A stretch of 63,436 bases of DNA, counting the filler, from Vezdaea acicularis (lineage: Eukaryota): the NCBI GenBank assembly GCA_026025075.1. It is 7 parts of 7 records of this genome, joined end to end, with 100 filler letters (N's around TTAATTAATTAA, not from the genome) between each part and the next. Parts side by side here need not be neighbours in the genome. Positions count along the whole stretch, not along the records: positions 20,633 to 30,754 come from JAPEUI010000261.1; positions 30,855 to 40,654 come from JAPEUI010000262.1; 5 more parts are not named here. One strand, 5' to 3'. The notes under the pieces were generated by a model. That model saw only the letters and a list, made by a program, of their open reading frames with translations, ran no database searches and was not told where the DNA came from. A program made the position numbers and the translations under genes. Position 1 is the stretch's first letter. Each line of letters begins with the position of its first letter. Positions 22,688 through 34,799 of the stretch are shown in pieces.

Positions 22688-23664
22688 CAAAAGGCACATT
22701 GTCAACGTATCTAAACTAGCAAAGCAAGTTGAATCGACCATGGGTCTCTACCTATTTTAGATGTCCGTAATCAAGCATCTCTATGAATCCCTGAAAGTGT
22801 TGACTTACTGTTTCTGGATGATTTTGATTTCTTCCGTCTTTATTTGCATCAGATATGCTTTAATATTTAATAGAATTTTCTGCTGATGATGGCGACTCCT
22901 AGCCTTCTGTCCACTTGTGACCTTCATCTTCCTCAATTATGTAGACATTTCAGTCTTGCTCCTGCTGGTAATCGAATTTTGCTAAACCTTTATTAGCGGA
23001 AACCCTCTTCTCAAGAATGGTAGTAGCAATAAACCTGACTGGGAAAAGAAGGGCCCGACCAGCGCGCCAAGTAAACCTCTTGTAATCATTAGCCCAATAC
23101 ACGCAAGACCAAAGCCCGTCCCAATTGGTGATCCACTGGGATAGAACTGATACCACCCAATCATATCGATCGATGGCAAATGGACATTTGCGGGTGTGCG
23201 CGAGACGATTTTTAAACATTTGATCCAAAGTTGAGGAGCAAGCGGACGTACGGAAACCTGAGTCCTTTTTTTCAAGAGCTTCGAAGCTCGCCTTCAGTGC
23301 TCTGACAGCCATTTATATCATGTTTTACTGGAGAGGAACAATCCCGAGGCGGTCCTGAGCCCCATGGCAGGCTGTGCCACTACATCTCAGTTTTGAGTTC
23401 CTTATCGTGGAGAACTACGAACCAATACTCAATTTGAAATTAGCCATGGAGAATCTGGTTAGCGGACATACGTGATCAGAACTCAAAAGGCTGTGATCGT
23501 AAGAGGATAACAATCGAAGCAACTTTTTAAATAATTTCTACCTTGGAGCTGCTACTACTCTTAAAACCGCACTTAAGCATTTTCGGCAGGGTTTTTCTCC
23601 GTACGAACATATGTTACATCTGCCTTGCATCGTGATATTCTAGCTATTTTCATTAGGAAGACCA

Positions 23665-25934
23665 TCACTCAGAGTCTATTATAAGTCAGCATAATGATCA
23701 AGCTAGGAGTATGCGGTAGAACGAACCCCGATAATAAACCCGCTCAAATACCCCACCTACAGCCGCAGATAGCACATCTGAGATCGCCTGGACTTCGTCC
23801 TCCGAGATCAAGTATTCGGGCTCCTGGTTCATGATCACCAGGGAAAAATCCCTGTTGCCTTCGCCAAGAGCGGTGATGAAGTCCAGAATGCGATCAGTAG
23901 TAAAGCGTGTCGTTGCATTGAATGTCATCTTGCGGAGCCGTGAAAGCTTTGCGATATCAGGCCAGATAACATCGGAGATCTCCCAGCCATCGACGCAGAG
24001 ATCTTCGAGGTTATGGAGATTCCTTGCCAGAATGCTGATATGCTTTTCTCGAAGGGGATCATCACTCTCAATACTCAAATAGAGCGTCCGTAGCCCAGTG
24101 AGCTGACCAATCGAGTCTACAAGCCCGTCTAACTCAAACGTCAGAGGCAACGTATGCGTGACGTCGTTTATCAACAAACTGACGTTTACTAGAGATTGAT
24201 GTTCTTTCAAAGTTTCATAGAATAAACTGTGAGGTACGGGGCCACTATACTCGAGGTTGTGAAGGCGCACCTTACTTCCAAAGAATAGACTTGAAAGTAT
24301 TTCATCTCCCCTCTCAATATGTTTTATCGAGATGTTATCGAGATTTTCACATATCCGGAGCCCAGCAACAGCGTCCTTGAATGCATCATCGTTCATGAAC
24401 GAAGGATTAAAAGCCGTGCTTCCAGCCAAACGGAGAGTTTTAAGGGCCGTGAAGTCTTTTAACACAGCTAGGGCAGTCAGCGCTTCACTATCGAGTCCTC
24501 CAAGTTGCAATTCGGTGAGAGAAGCCGCATGCTTGGCTAATGCTGACATTGTAACTAAGCTCATTTTGGCATTGCTGATGACCTCAAGGGATTCTAGAGA
24601 CTGAGGTCTTAGCCCAACAAAGAAGGCGGCCAGCATTTGATCTGCGTCATCATCCACCCTAGCACATGTTAGCACTCGAACGTACGTAAATTGAAGGACG
24701 TAGGGCTTGTGCGCCATGAAGTTTCAATTGCTCGCGGTATGGAGGCTGTCCTCTGCTTAAGATAAATGACTCGGACTCTTTTGCAGTCTCATCAGGCCTG
24801 ACTTGAACATGTATATGATGGTCCGGATAATACTCGTCATAGGAAAGAGACATCACGACCTCTTGCGGTATTCGAGCATTTGTCGTGAGGTAGCTTCGAG
24901 CTAGGTCTGCTACTAGACGTGGCTTTGGGAAAATGCCGGCGATGCCCGTACTGGTATCTAGCCTGACCGAGTAACAAGTATCCCACACTTTCTTGATTAT
25001 CCAGAGTGCTCCCCAAGGGCCCTTCGAGTGTATGCATCATTGTGCATGAGATTAACTAGACTCCACGGGCCCAGCCATCGGGCCGTTGGTTCGAATTTCA
25101 AGAGTATCCGAGTCATTTATCCCCACGCATATCTTGAAGTAGACGTACCATTGATAAATGCTGAGAGCCTTAAAAGACGGGCAATGAACTGCGATGATAT
25201 CCTCCGCGCCCTCAGAAAGAGCTTTGCCATTCCATAGTTCCAAAGACTGAAGGCGAGGTAGACGTGATGCCCAGATGCCCAAAGAGCTGGACAGGATATT
25301 GCCTGATAGCTTCTCAAGTATTGGGGAGTCCCGCGTAACGGCCTCACCTATCGCAGCAATCACAGATGCAGCGTGTAGTCTTTTTGAGGGTCTTCCTTTG
25401 ACATTGGACTTCCTAGGAGTATCTGACTCTCTATAGAATTCGGAAAGATCCCCAGAGAAAAATTCCCTAGAGTAACGTTAGTTAGATAATGGACTTTTTT
25501 GCTTAACTTCAATTCTAACTTCTCTATGGCACCTTTAAACTTCATGTCGTCAAATAGATATTCTAGATCTCTTAAATCAAGCTCCTTTATATACCTGCAA
25601 TAGGGAAACAGTGTTTTTGCTAAGCTAGACAGTACCATGGACCGCCAAAGGAGCGCCCATTTTCTTGTCTTTCTTTCATGGGGCCATTTTTGACTGGGTT
25701 CATCACCCCCGCCACTAAATGTCACAGGTGCTACATTATGCATGCTTGAAAGGTTCGAGGTCAATTCGACCCCGCCAAGTCCAATCAGAATGCTTACCGA
25801 TACAGCTCCCTTATGGCCGGTGTTGCTAGCTGTTTGCTTGCAAGTGCACAAGAAAACAAGGAATTGAAGTCACGAAGATGCCACAACTCGGTGCAAACCA
25901 TGTGATAAATGTCGTCTGGCAAGCTGACGGCCAT
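23665..25934 (-). CDS. F-box-like / leucine-rich-repeat (RNI-like) protein
   Basis: Exons 25934-25798, 25744-25520, 25466-25149, 24658-23727, 23675-23665 splice in frame. N-terminus LPDDIYHMVCTEL…LFSCALASK is F-box-like. FPYCRYIKELDL and repeated LxxLxL motifs follow. Confidence 0.85.
24761..25121 (-). ncRNA. Putative structured intronic RNA element (identity unknown)
   Basis: Inside the 490-nt intron 25148-24659. Closing 15-bp perfect stem (25121-25107 with 24775-24761) plus several nested helices, some with G-U pairs. Confidence 0.4.
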
Positions 25935-26486
25935 CTCGTACGAGGGCGGGCGACAGAACTCTCCGTACTCCGTCGATATTAGGTCGCAAGCCACCACACT
26001 CAAAACGCTGCACAATACGTTTAGACAATAAGATTTCTAACACCTCCTTGTGATAGATATGCCACTCTGTCTCTGGTTTATGTTTTAGACTTCCTTCATG
26101 TGAGAATGGATATCTTTATTGGGTGTTGCTGATCTTCGGTGACTACGAATATGTTTGGCAAGGTACGGAGATTTTTGTCGCCCGCCCTCGTACACCGGGC
26201 CACACTCTGCCGGATGTTGCAAGCTTCGATGATTTAGAAGGTCTGATCGGAGAGCAATATACTCAAGGACGCATTTGCTCTGTGAAGTTGGAGCTCATCT
26301 AGGTCGCAAAATATTCAATAAACCCTGCGCGCGGTGCCTCCATGAGTATTGCTTTAATCAGTCTTTATATCTCACAGAACAAGCTTGCGGTGTTGCGCGT
26401 CCAGAAAAAGTGAACGCGTCGCACCGAACATCGCCCATTAGTTTCGCGCTCTCAAAATACCGTGCTTCACGTACAACTGAGCGACA

Positions 26487-28069
26487 ATGACGTCTTTGAA
26501 CTTCACTTTATCGCCAGAGGCAATAGGGAAGTTTTATGATGCTCTCACCTGCCTGTCTAGATTCAGCGAGGACGTCTCTATAGAGGCCCGCCGACAAAAG
26601 GTATCATTGTTTCTAGCAAAAACCGTGAGAACAGATCATTCTCACCGTGCTGTAGTTCATTTTAACGGCACTCAACTCCGCCAAATCTACTTACGCGGCT
26701 TTTGCTTTCGATGGCAATCGTTTCTTCAGAAGATATCAATTTCGCTCGTCGAAATCACCTGATCATTTCTCATGCCGCATCTACAACAAAGTATCAGACG
26801 CTTCAGCCTGGTTCCATGGTGCATAAAGACTGATTCAAATTAGACCCTTCTATCCATTTTCAAGGGCCGAATTGCTGATGGACGTGACCGGGAAAAAGAG
26901 TCTGCAATAGATCGATGCGAACTCAGCATCAATGATGACCCTGAAAGGACTGAATGTCGACTAATCGTCAAGATGGTTTGCCGTAACGGCGTTCTGAAAA
27001 CGTACAAGCTGACATATGAGTCCGTCGATGTTCTCACTGCAGTGTTTGATAAGGAATCGGCGCTTAACAGATGGACTATATCGTCAAGAACCTTGAGAGA
27101 ATTCATCGAGTACTTCGGACCCAAGACAGAACAGCTGGATATATCCTCTGAGAACGAGCGTGCCACCTTTATGAGCTATACAGAGAAAGTCGTGGACGGC
27201 AAAGGTTGGATTACTTCAAGCAAGTCCAATTAGGGGGTTGTAGCTAACTATCTCCTAGAGATTCTCAAACAGCCTCTCCAGACCTCTGTAGCGATTGACG
27301 TTCTGGACTTCAGTTCCTTCGAAGTCGAGGACAAGCTACACATTGCTATTAGTGTGAAAGACTTCAAATCGATTGTCATCCATGCGGAGACACTGAACAC
27401 TGATATCTCAGCTTACTATAGCCGGCCTAATCGTCCCATGCAGATTGCGTATCAAAGTGAAGGATTAACATGTGAATTCACCCTCATGACAATAGGAGAC
27501 TATCGTGGCGTCTCAGCCACTCCCGCTCCCATTCTCACAAAGTCGAATCTAGCACGGTCATCCAAGGTTGTACCATCTATTTCGAAACCTATGAAGGAAA
27601 GAAACGTAGGCAAGACTGATATGCCCCCTCCTCAACGATCCCTAACCCAGAGTTTTACGGAATCGGGAAGGCCTAAGATCCGTAAACCATCGCCCCCACC
27701 CCCACAAGCTAGTATGGATTCTAGAAGCCTTTTCCTTCCTGAAGATGACGATCGTCAGTGGGACGAACGTACGTATGAAGAAGATGAAGACCAGCTAGGC
27801 TGGGATGCAAGCGCAGACAATGTAAGTAACGGATGCGCAAGTCCCTAGAAGTGAAGAGATGACTCACAAGGACAGGACGCTATGGCGACTAGGTTCGGTC
27901 AGTCACTACTAGACAGGAAGCCAAGTGGTCGGAGTGACCCAGAACTACAACGACCCGGCGAGCAACGCCTTGAGCCCACTCAACGTCTCTCTGAGGTAAG
28001 CGGCCCTAGCGGGTGGCGCTGTTCTGTGAACTGAAAACCTGCCAGGTCCAGGACTTATTCGGAGGCTGA
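26487..28069 (+). CDS. rad9: Rad9/Ddc1 subunit of the 9-1-1 checkpoint clamp
   Basis: Exons 26487-26600, 26656-26790, 26844-27204, 27259-27821, 27876-27995, 28046-28069. Motifs LTCLSRFSEDVSIEA, LTALNSAKS, GVLKTYKLTYE, LREFIEYFGPKTEQLD, KDFKSIVIHAE, YSRPNRPMQ. Confidence 0.93.
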
Positions 28070-28195
28070 GGTGGTCCTGGTACCAACGAATACACTTTAT
28101 AGTTTTCTCGATGGCGTGGAAGTAACAGCTAAGTCAATGAGCTAGCCTAAAGCCGTTGAAGTTCCAGAAAGCGGTCTATGCTTATTCTGGTTCTT

Positions 28196-29284
28196 TCATG
28201 CGCTCATCCATACCCAACTCGTGGCACAGCCTGCACCAATTCGAGTAGGGATTGGGTCAAGAGAGGGATCTGTTCGTGGGATCGTAAAGCTATTCCAACG
28301 ACCCTTTACATCTCCCTCTTCCGTTTCATTGCCACAATTACCATGCTCACCCCAGCCCCATGCTATTAGCGAGGGGTTAAGAGTCAAGGCGACCACATGT
28401 TCGCTCCCAACAGCGATGCTTCGTAGCAAAGGCAACTTAGGTGGTGTAAGCTGACCGTGGTCATCGCGGCCCCATGAAAGTAGCTTTCCCGATGAGAATA
28501 ATACGAAGACGCTTCCCCAGGAAGCGCCAACGCTCTTCCAATCACAGATATTTGCAGGACCTCCTGACTGGACACCCCATTTGTCAGAGCCTAGTATAGA
28601 GTACTCGCCGCAATTCTGATCTCCAATAAGAAAAGTAAATTCCCGACCACAGACAGCGCGTTTGACTTGGAAGTTAATGCCTTCAAATCGACGCGGGGAC
28701 TGTAGTATACCTGATGGTAGTCCTAGTTGCCCTTTTCGGCCGCTGCCCCAACCGTAGACATCACCATTTGATAAAACCACGACGACATGACTTATACAGC
28801 CGGCAATGTCAACTATACTATGGCCCTCAGGCGGAAATGATGGTACTTCATGGAAGCTTTGTGCACTTCGAACGCCATCGCCAAGGCCCAGTTCACCCTT
28901 CAATCCCACACCCCGGGACAAAATCCGATCGTCTTCAGCTACAAGGAATGATCCTTCCCATGTAGCAGCGATTGCTTTGTACTTCTGTGACTTTAAGCCA
29001 CTTGACAACCCGTCAGGGGCAAGCTGTGAAAAGGTCATAGTCCCAACCAAATGATTATCATCTAGGCCATGTCCGTCATTGACAGATCCACCGACGGCCC
29101 AAACCGAACCATCTGAAAGTAGAACGAGGGTGTGGCTACCACCAGCTGCTATTTGCACAGGTTCTTCTGATATTGTGGACGAAAATTGAGATGGTGTTGG
29201 TATAGAAACATCTACGCAACTTCCATTCCCAAGTTGTCCTGCGCCGTTGGAACCAAAGGAGTAGAGTCGCGATTTGTAAGCCAT
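28196..29284 (-). CDS. ATS1: RCC1-repeat protein, Ats1/Kti13 (Elongator-associated)
   Basis: Single-exon 362-aa ORF: LYSFGSNGAGQLG, AAGGSHTL, YGWGSGRKGQLG, SWGRDDHGQL, AVGSEH, WGWGEHGNCG, GAGCATSW. Confidence 0.88.
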   Translation of the reverse strand: MAYKSRLYSFGSNGAGQLGNGSCVDVSIPTPSQFSSTISEEPVQIAAGGSHTLVLLSDGSVWAVGGSVNDGHGLDDNHLVGTMTFSQLAPDGLSSGLKSQKYKAIAATWEGSFLVAEDDRILSRGVGLKGELGLGDGVRSAQSFHEVPSFPPEGHSIVDIAGCISHVVVVLSNGDVYGWGSGRKGQLGLPSGILQSPRRFEGINFQVKRAVCGREFTFLIGDQNCGEYSILGSDKWGVQSGGPANICDWKSVGASWGSVFVLFSSGKLLSWGRDDHGQLTPPKLPLLRSIAVGSEHVVALTLNPSLIAWGWGEHGNCGNETEEGDVKGRWNSFTIPRTDPSLDPIPTRIGAGCATSWVWMSA

Positions 29285-29536
29285 GTATAAGAAGAACTAG
29301 AGGTTGACGTGCCAAATCATTATTCCTGTCAAAGTCATAAGTTAGACAAATGGCGATCACTTTGTATCATCAAAACACCTCTGCTCGCCAAGACCCCAGG
29401 GGTGAAGCCCTAGCGCACTGGCTCGCTTAGCTATAGTGTTAGAATTTCGCTGCTTCGAATAATTATGCACGCCTCACAATAGACTAAATTTATAGCTTCC
29501 TCTACACAACGAGTCTCCTACGGTCCATTAATCATT

Positions 29537-30222
29537 ATGGCCGAGAAGACGCAGAGTGTTCAGTGCTTCGGCAAGAAGAAGACAGGTGAGTTAGGGCCGT
29601 GAAGATTGTCGGACATCGGAAAGCTAAACTCTATCCCCATAGCCACCGCTGTTGCCCATTGCAAGGTAGGAAACAGAGAGAGTCAGATATGATTATACCG
29701 AGGAGAAAGCTGAGACGATTGATATAGGCTGGAAAAGGTCTAGTCAAGGTTAACGGGAAGCCTCTCGCTCTCGTGGAGCCCGCCGTCCTTCGATTCAAGG
29801 TACCGAATTAGATACGGTCATTCTGTTTTGTTTCTTCTTCCTTACCTCTATCAAGGTCTTCGAGCCACTTCTAGTCGTTGGACCAGAAAAATTCTCTGGG
29901 GTCGATATTCGAGTGCGGGTTACAGGGGGTGGGCACACATCTCAGGTTTACGCCATACGACAAGCTATCGCCAAGTCGATCATTGCATACTACCAAAAGT
30001 ATGTCGACGAGCACGCGAAGAACTTATTAAAGCAATCATTCGTTCAATATGATAGGACATTACTGGTGGCAGATAATAGACGGTGTGAGCCTAAAAAGGC
30101 AAGTCTCCTTACATGGTCTATCAGTTTGACTACCGTATGCTCGTGTTTCTTTCGCTAATCATTTGATAATATAGTTTGGCGGAAAAGGCGCAAGGAGCAG
30201 GTTCCAGAAGTCTTACCGTTAG
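29537..30222 (+). CDS. RPS16: 40S ribosomal protein S16 (uS9)
   Basis: Exons 29537-29585, 29643-29665, 29728-29799, 29856-30098, 30175-30222 give [17 protein letters not shown]…[17 protein letters not shown]…[22 protein letters not shown]. The last intron is GC-AG. Confidence 0.98.
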
Positions 30223-30548
30223 ATTATGGATTATGGTTGGTGGATGGAACTCTTGTGGCTGGAACCTGGCTTGCTTCAATTCGGTCACTCTAGCATGGCT
30301 TGCGAACATATGAAACCACAACATGAACCACCTAGCTCAACCTGAGAGAAATGGGTGAAACGAACGGAAGATGATTGTTCTTTCAAGAATGTTCCACCAA
30401 GGCCGCTTCCTTTGGGCAGGCTATAGTTATCCTGATACTCCCTACAAGTATGAACGACGCTAGGATGCCCTTTCTGTCCTGCTTGGTGTCTTTAATGCCA
30501 GCCCATGCCCGATCACTTGCATAATATTATACACGTTAGAAGATTTAT

Positions 30549-30754
30549 TCAAGTTTCTGTATTGCTTGGTCTAGCATCCTCCTCAGCAACAATGACTGGA
30601 GCGTAGTCTCCACTCTCGTCCTCAATATCCAGGTCGTTGACCTCCATTTCTACCATTTCTCCATCCTCTAACTCTAGCATTCCTCTCTTAACATATGAAT
30701 CACTCAGTTGCCATCCAAACCTGGTAATCAGGTATTCCTCCAATTGCTCTAGAG
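30549..30754 (-). CDS. AAR2: AAR2 (U5 snRNP assembly factor), C-terminal fragment
   Basis: LEEYLITRFGWQLSDSYVKRGMLELEDGEMVEME…EDESGDYAPVIV resembles the fungal Aar2 C-terminus. Truncated by the contig end. Confidence 0.75.
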
Positions 30755-30854
30755 NNNNNNNNNNNNNNNNNNNNNNNNNNNNNNNNNNNNNNNNNNNNTT
30801 AATTAATTAANNNNNNNNNNNNNNNNNNNNNNNNNNNNNNNNNNNNNNNNNNNN
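30755..30854. other. Artificial contig spacer
   Basis: N44-TTAATTAATTAA-N44. Confidence 0.99.
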
Positions 30855-31787
30855 GAACGTACGAACGCGCGCGGACGGAGCATTTCGACGGTCACGGCAG
30901 GCGTCGCGCCAGCCCGTTCGGACAAGACGACGGTGCGAAAAGGGAGAGCGAGGGGGAGAGGCAGATGGCGAGATGGCGAGAACGAGGGGCGAGATGGCAC
31001 GAATGTTTGATAACGTCCCGCGCTGAGTGTGTCGATCATCTTGCCCGCGCCTCGGCCTATCAGACGTATCAGATCGAAGGGGGCAGAGGCAGCCCCATCA
31101 GCTCCCTTTTGCCTCCTGCCCAGAGAGACCGACAGACGACGGGCGACGGGGGACGACGGCAGAGGCGGGCGGCGCTAGGCTGCGCGCGGACAAGCGTCAA
31201 ACCGACCCGACCCCGTGACCTGCTATCCTGGCGCGCACCGTCCGCCGTGGTCCGACGATGTCGCACAGGCGTGACGGGCAGCGAGCAAGTGATCGGCTGC
31301 CTGTCAGGAATGCCTCTGCCTCGCATCGGCGCGCACCAGCTCCACTCTCGAGCAGCGGCCGACCCCGGCGCGATCAGACGAAGGGAGGGGAACCGTGGAT
31401 AACGTGCATGCTGCTCTTTACCTCGTTGCGCCGTAGTGCGCAGTCCGCCCGCCGACTACTGTAAGACACTCGCCAGACGGCTCGCGAGGGAGGCCACTGA
31501 GCGTCGATGGAGGTGCGCGCGCGCCGCTCGGTACCTGCGGGTACCGCCAAGACAGATCACATTGTGCGCCCGATTGCGTACTGGTGAGTACCATCGGCCC
31601 TTCCGTGACGGGAGGGGGGAAACAGACACGGTCGGTCGGCCGATACTGTATAGAACTCGTGCACGCCTCCTGGCCTGCTCGTGCCTTGCTCAGGAGTCCT
31701 CCTGCGTTCGTGTCGCTGCTCGAGGAAGAAGCAAAAGAAGCAAAAGAATTGGGACTGGGACCCGCGAGCCTGCCCCTGCCGGACCCG

Positions 31788-31820
31788 ACCTCCTCCTCCT
31801 CCTCCTCCTCCTCCTCCTCT
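31788..31820. repeat. (CCT)n microsatellite in the 5' region of the Mto2-like gene
   Basis: About 10 tandem CCT units. Confidence 0.9.
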
Positions 31821-31891
31821 CCCCTCCTCTCCAAGTCCGCGCGCTTCGGGTGCCCGCTGGCGATGCTGGCTCCTTACCAATAACAACAGAC

Positions 31892-34799
31892 ATGAGCACC
31901 AGCAAATCGCCTGCGACCACCAAGCAGAAGAGAGCTCCCGCCTCCAGGAGCAGCCATGGGATAGAGACCGCGACGGGGCCACCGCCCGCACTGTCCACCC
32001 AGCGCTCGCACTCGAATGACGTGGTGCTGGTGCGACGAGCCCACCATCCGGCTGATTTCGCGTTTGCGCATCAACACTTGTCGACAGGGGCTCGCAGCAA
32101 CAGCGTGAGCAGCAGCAACACGAGCGACACCTCTTCTCAACACCGCGCCCGAGACGAAGACGACGCTCGCTCGGCCTCGGCCTCCGTCTCCACCTCCAAC
32201 TCCTCTTCTCTCGTTCATCGCCGGAACCGAAACCGTGATTCGCAGGAGACCGCGAGACCGTCGCGACGACGCTCTTTACGACCGGACGACGACAACATGC
32301 ATTCTCGAGGGCCCAGCCGATACGGCGAGGACCTCCTGGACCACGACCGGGACCGGACGTTACGCGCCCTGGAGGGCCTGCACGATGATAATATTGATAA
32401 TAACCAACCCGACCGGGAGGAATACTCGAGCTCGATCGGGGACAGGTCGGACGGCGAGCGCGCGCAGGGGGCGAACGATGACCTCTTCTTGAACCTTGCA
32501 CGCGCGAGTTCATCGCGACAGGGAAACGAAGAAGCAAGTGCTCGTAATGAGCGACGACGAGTAAGTGAAATAAACAATCTCGTCCGTTGAATTTTGTTCT
32601 TGGGTTACACCCGATATGAGTGGGGACAGCCCTACAAGGGCATCGCGTTTCATCTCGGCCCCCAAATTACGCCATCTCCATACTAACGTAACTCAAAATT
32701 TTTGATAGTCTCGAATTGCACTTGCGAGCCATCGACAGTCGCTCCCGCTCAATTCTTACTCATCGCCGTTGACTCGATCAGCGCTGAAGGATGCGGAGCT
32801 CAACAACCAAGATAGCTCACCGGCGATGGCTCCAAACAGCGCGGAAGCGTGGCAGCCGCAACACGGGAGGAGGACATCTCACGGAATGTCTCCGACAATA
32901 CAGCATCGTCCAGCAGTTAGGGAGAAGTCATATGCTGCTTCAGCCCATCCGTTGGAAGATAGTGGTCGGAGGCGGTACTCTGGGATGGGGGCGAGGTCAT
33001 CGTTCTCGACCCCACGAGGGGCTGCGCGTGAGACCTCACCGGAGTCGACGGTATCACACGAGCGAAGGTCCTCGATCAAGATGCCCGCAAGACTGAATGG
33101 TTATCGTCCGTCGAATCTGTCATACTCGGCGCCGCGCAATTATCATTCGTCTCCCTTGATCGACCGGTCTCCGGCACCGTTCGACGACCAGGCCGTGCAA
33201 GAGGCCCCCCACAAAGACGGTACGGAGTCCACCGCATCGACAACAGCTCCTTCTACGGTATGGGACGAACTGGACGACCTCAAGTCTCGCATCCGCAAGC
33301 TCGAGCTGACCGGCAAGCTTCCCCCTTCCTCTGGTGCCGACATATCACAAGCCTCAGGCGACCGGCCACGCACGGCGACTACCACCGTAACGACCATCTC
33401 GTCCTCGCCCAAGCATGGCCGTCAGAACAGCATCTCACCGTCAAGTTCTACTCTTGGTGGTCCTGGCGCCGCCAACCTCCATCCTCTCCTGCACTCTGCT
33501 CTCGCCAAGACGAAGCCCCTGATCAGCCAAGACATATACCGAGCTCTCGAGGCTACCGCTTCCGACGCCCTCTCGATCGCGGCCCTGTCCAACAGCGGCA
33601 ATGGATCCCTCTCTGCATCCCAATCAGTCATCAACGGCCCCACCAGCCCTTCCGTGCCCGACCGCCACCTCCGACGCAAAGCAGATAGCATGTGCCGCGG
33701 CCTGACGGAACTGTGCATCGCACTCTCCGAAGCCCCCTCCAAGACCAGCGCCGGCAGCCCAACAGCCACCCCACAAGCCAGCACCGTCGGCCCTGAGCCC
33801 CCCATCCCCAACGGCATCTACAACGACGCCCCATACACCACTACCGCCCCCAGCACCGTCCCGAGTCAAATCCCCCGCTCCTCCCCCAGCGCCCTCAACC
33901 GCCTCGAAGCCCGGCGCAGCAGCATGCTCGCCCTACAGTCCACCCCATCCCCCCGCACCTCCTCCCAAACGCCCACCAACGCCTCCAACACACCACCAAC
34001 CTACGCCCCCTCCAGCACGCCCTCCCACCGCCTCCCCCGCAGCTCTACCCTCCTCTCCCGCCGCTACGGCAGCCGCACCTACACCCCGAACCCCACCGCC
34101 GCCACTGCCGCCATCGACAACGACCGCGACGACGTCGAATCGACGCGCAGTTTCCGCGCTCCGTCCAGAGCAGCCACCGACGTCGGATACATCCGGCACT
34201 CCCCGCGAGAAGGGCGGATCAGCCGGGAATACACCTCCTCGCACCCTTTGCCGCAGATGGAGAGTCCCGCCGCCGCCGCTGCCGCCCTTGCAGCAACATC
34301 ATCATCATCGACCACCACCACCCCTTCAACCGCCCTCACCCTCACAAACGGCACCACCGGTCTCGGCCGCAGCCCCAGCGTCCAAAGCACCAGCAACCAC
34401 AGCAACAAGATGACCCCCCTCCGCCGACACTACGGCAGCGCCAGCCTCTCCAACATGCCCTCCCCCGCCTCTCCCGGCGGCGTGTCCCTCAACGGCGGCA
34501 CCGGGCTCAACAGTCGCCGCTTCCTCGACCGTAACTCTGCTCCTCCGCCCTCCAACACAAACACCAGTGCAAATACCCCCACACAAATCATCGACAGAGA
34601 CACACTCACCACCGGCACCAAATCCGTCGAGCGCGAAGCCCGCACGGATCTAGCACAGGAAGGCGGCGGGCCTGTGGCGAGCTTTATGGACGGCTTGCGA
34701 CGCTCGAGAGCCGGCAGTCTAGGCAGGTCTGGAAGTCGGAAACTGCGGCAGGCGGTCGTGGATCCGCTTCCCCCGCCGTCCTCGCAGCAGAAGCGGTGA
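31892..34799 (+). CDS. Mto2/Spa18-like disordered MTOC protein
   Basis: Exons 31892-32560 and 32709-34799 splice in frame. Conserved blocks STVWDELDDLKSRIRKLEL, HPLLHSAL and RKADSMCRGLTELCIAL sit in Ser/Thr/Arg-rich low-complexity sequence. Confidence 0.75.

Noticed and set aside
22950..23312. 120-aa minus-strand ORF
   Set aside because: No motif, splice or compositional support, so it was left unannotated. A decayed gene cannot be excluded.
24770..24800. Hammerhead ribozyme core (CUGAUGA-GACU…AGUC on the minus strand)
   Set aside because: The required GAAA after stem II is absent (CGAG instead).
24985..25010. TPP riboswitch (CUGGAUAAU resembles the fungal P5 loop)
   Set aside because: No upstream CUGAGA and no matching P4/P5 closing sequence.
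25040..25105. tRNA suggested by GGTTCGAAT on the + strand
   Set aside because: The T-stem does not pair, and no acceptor or D arm can be built.
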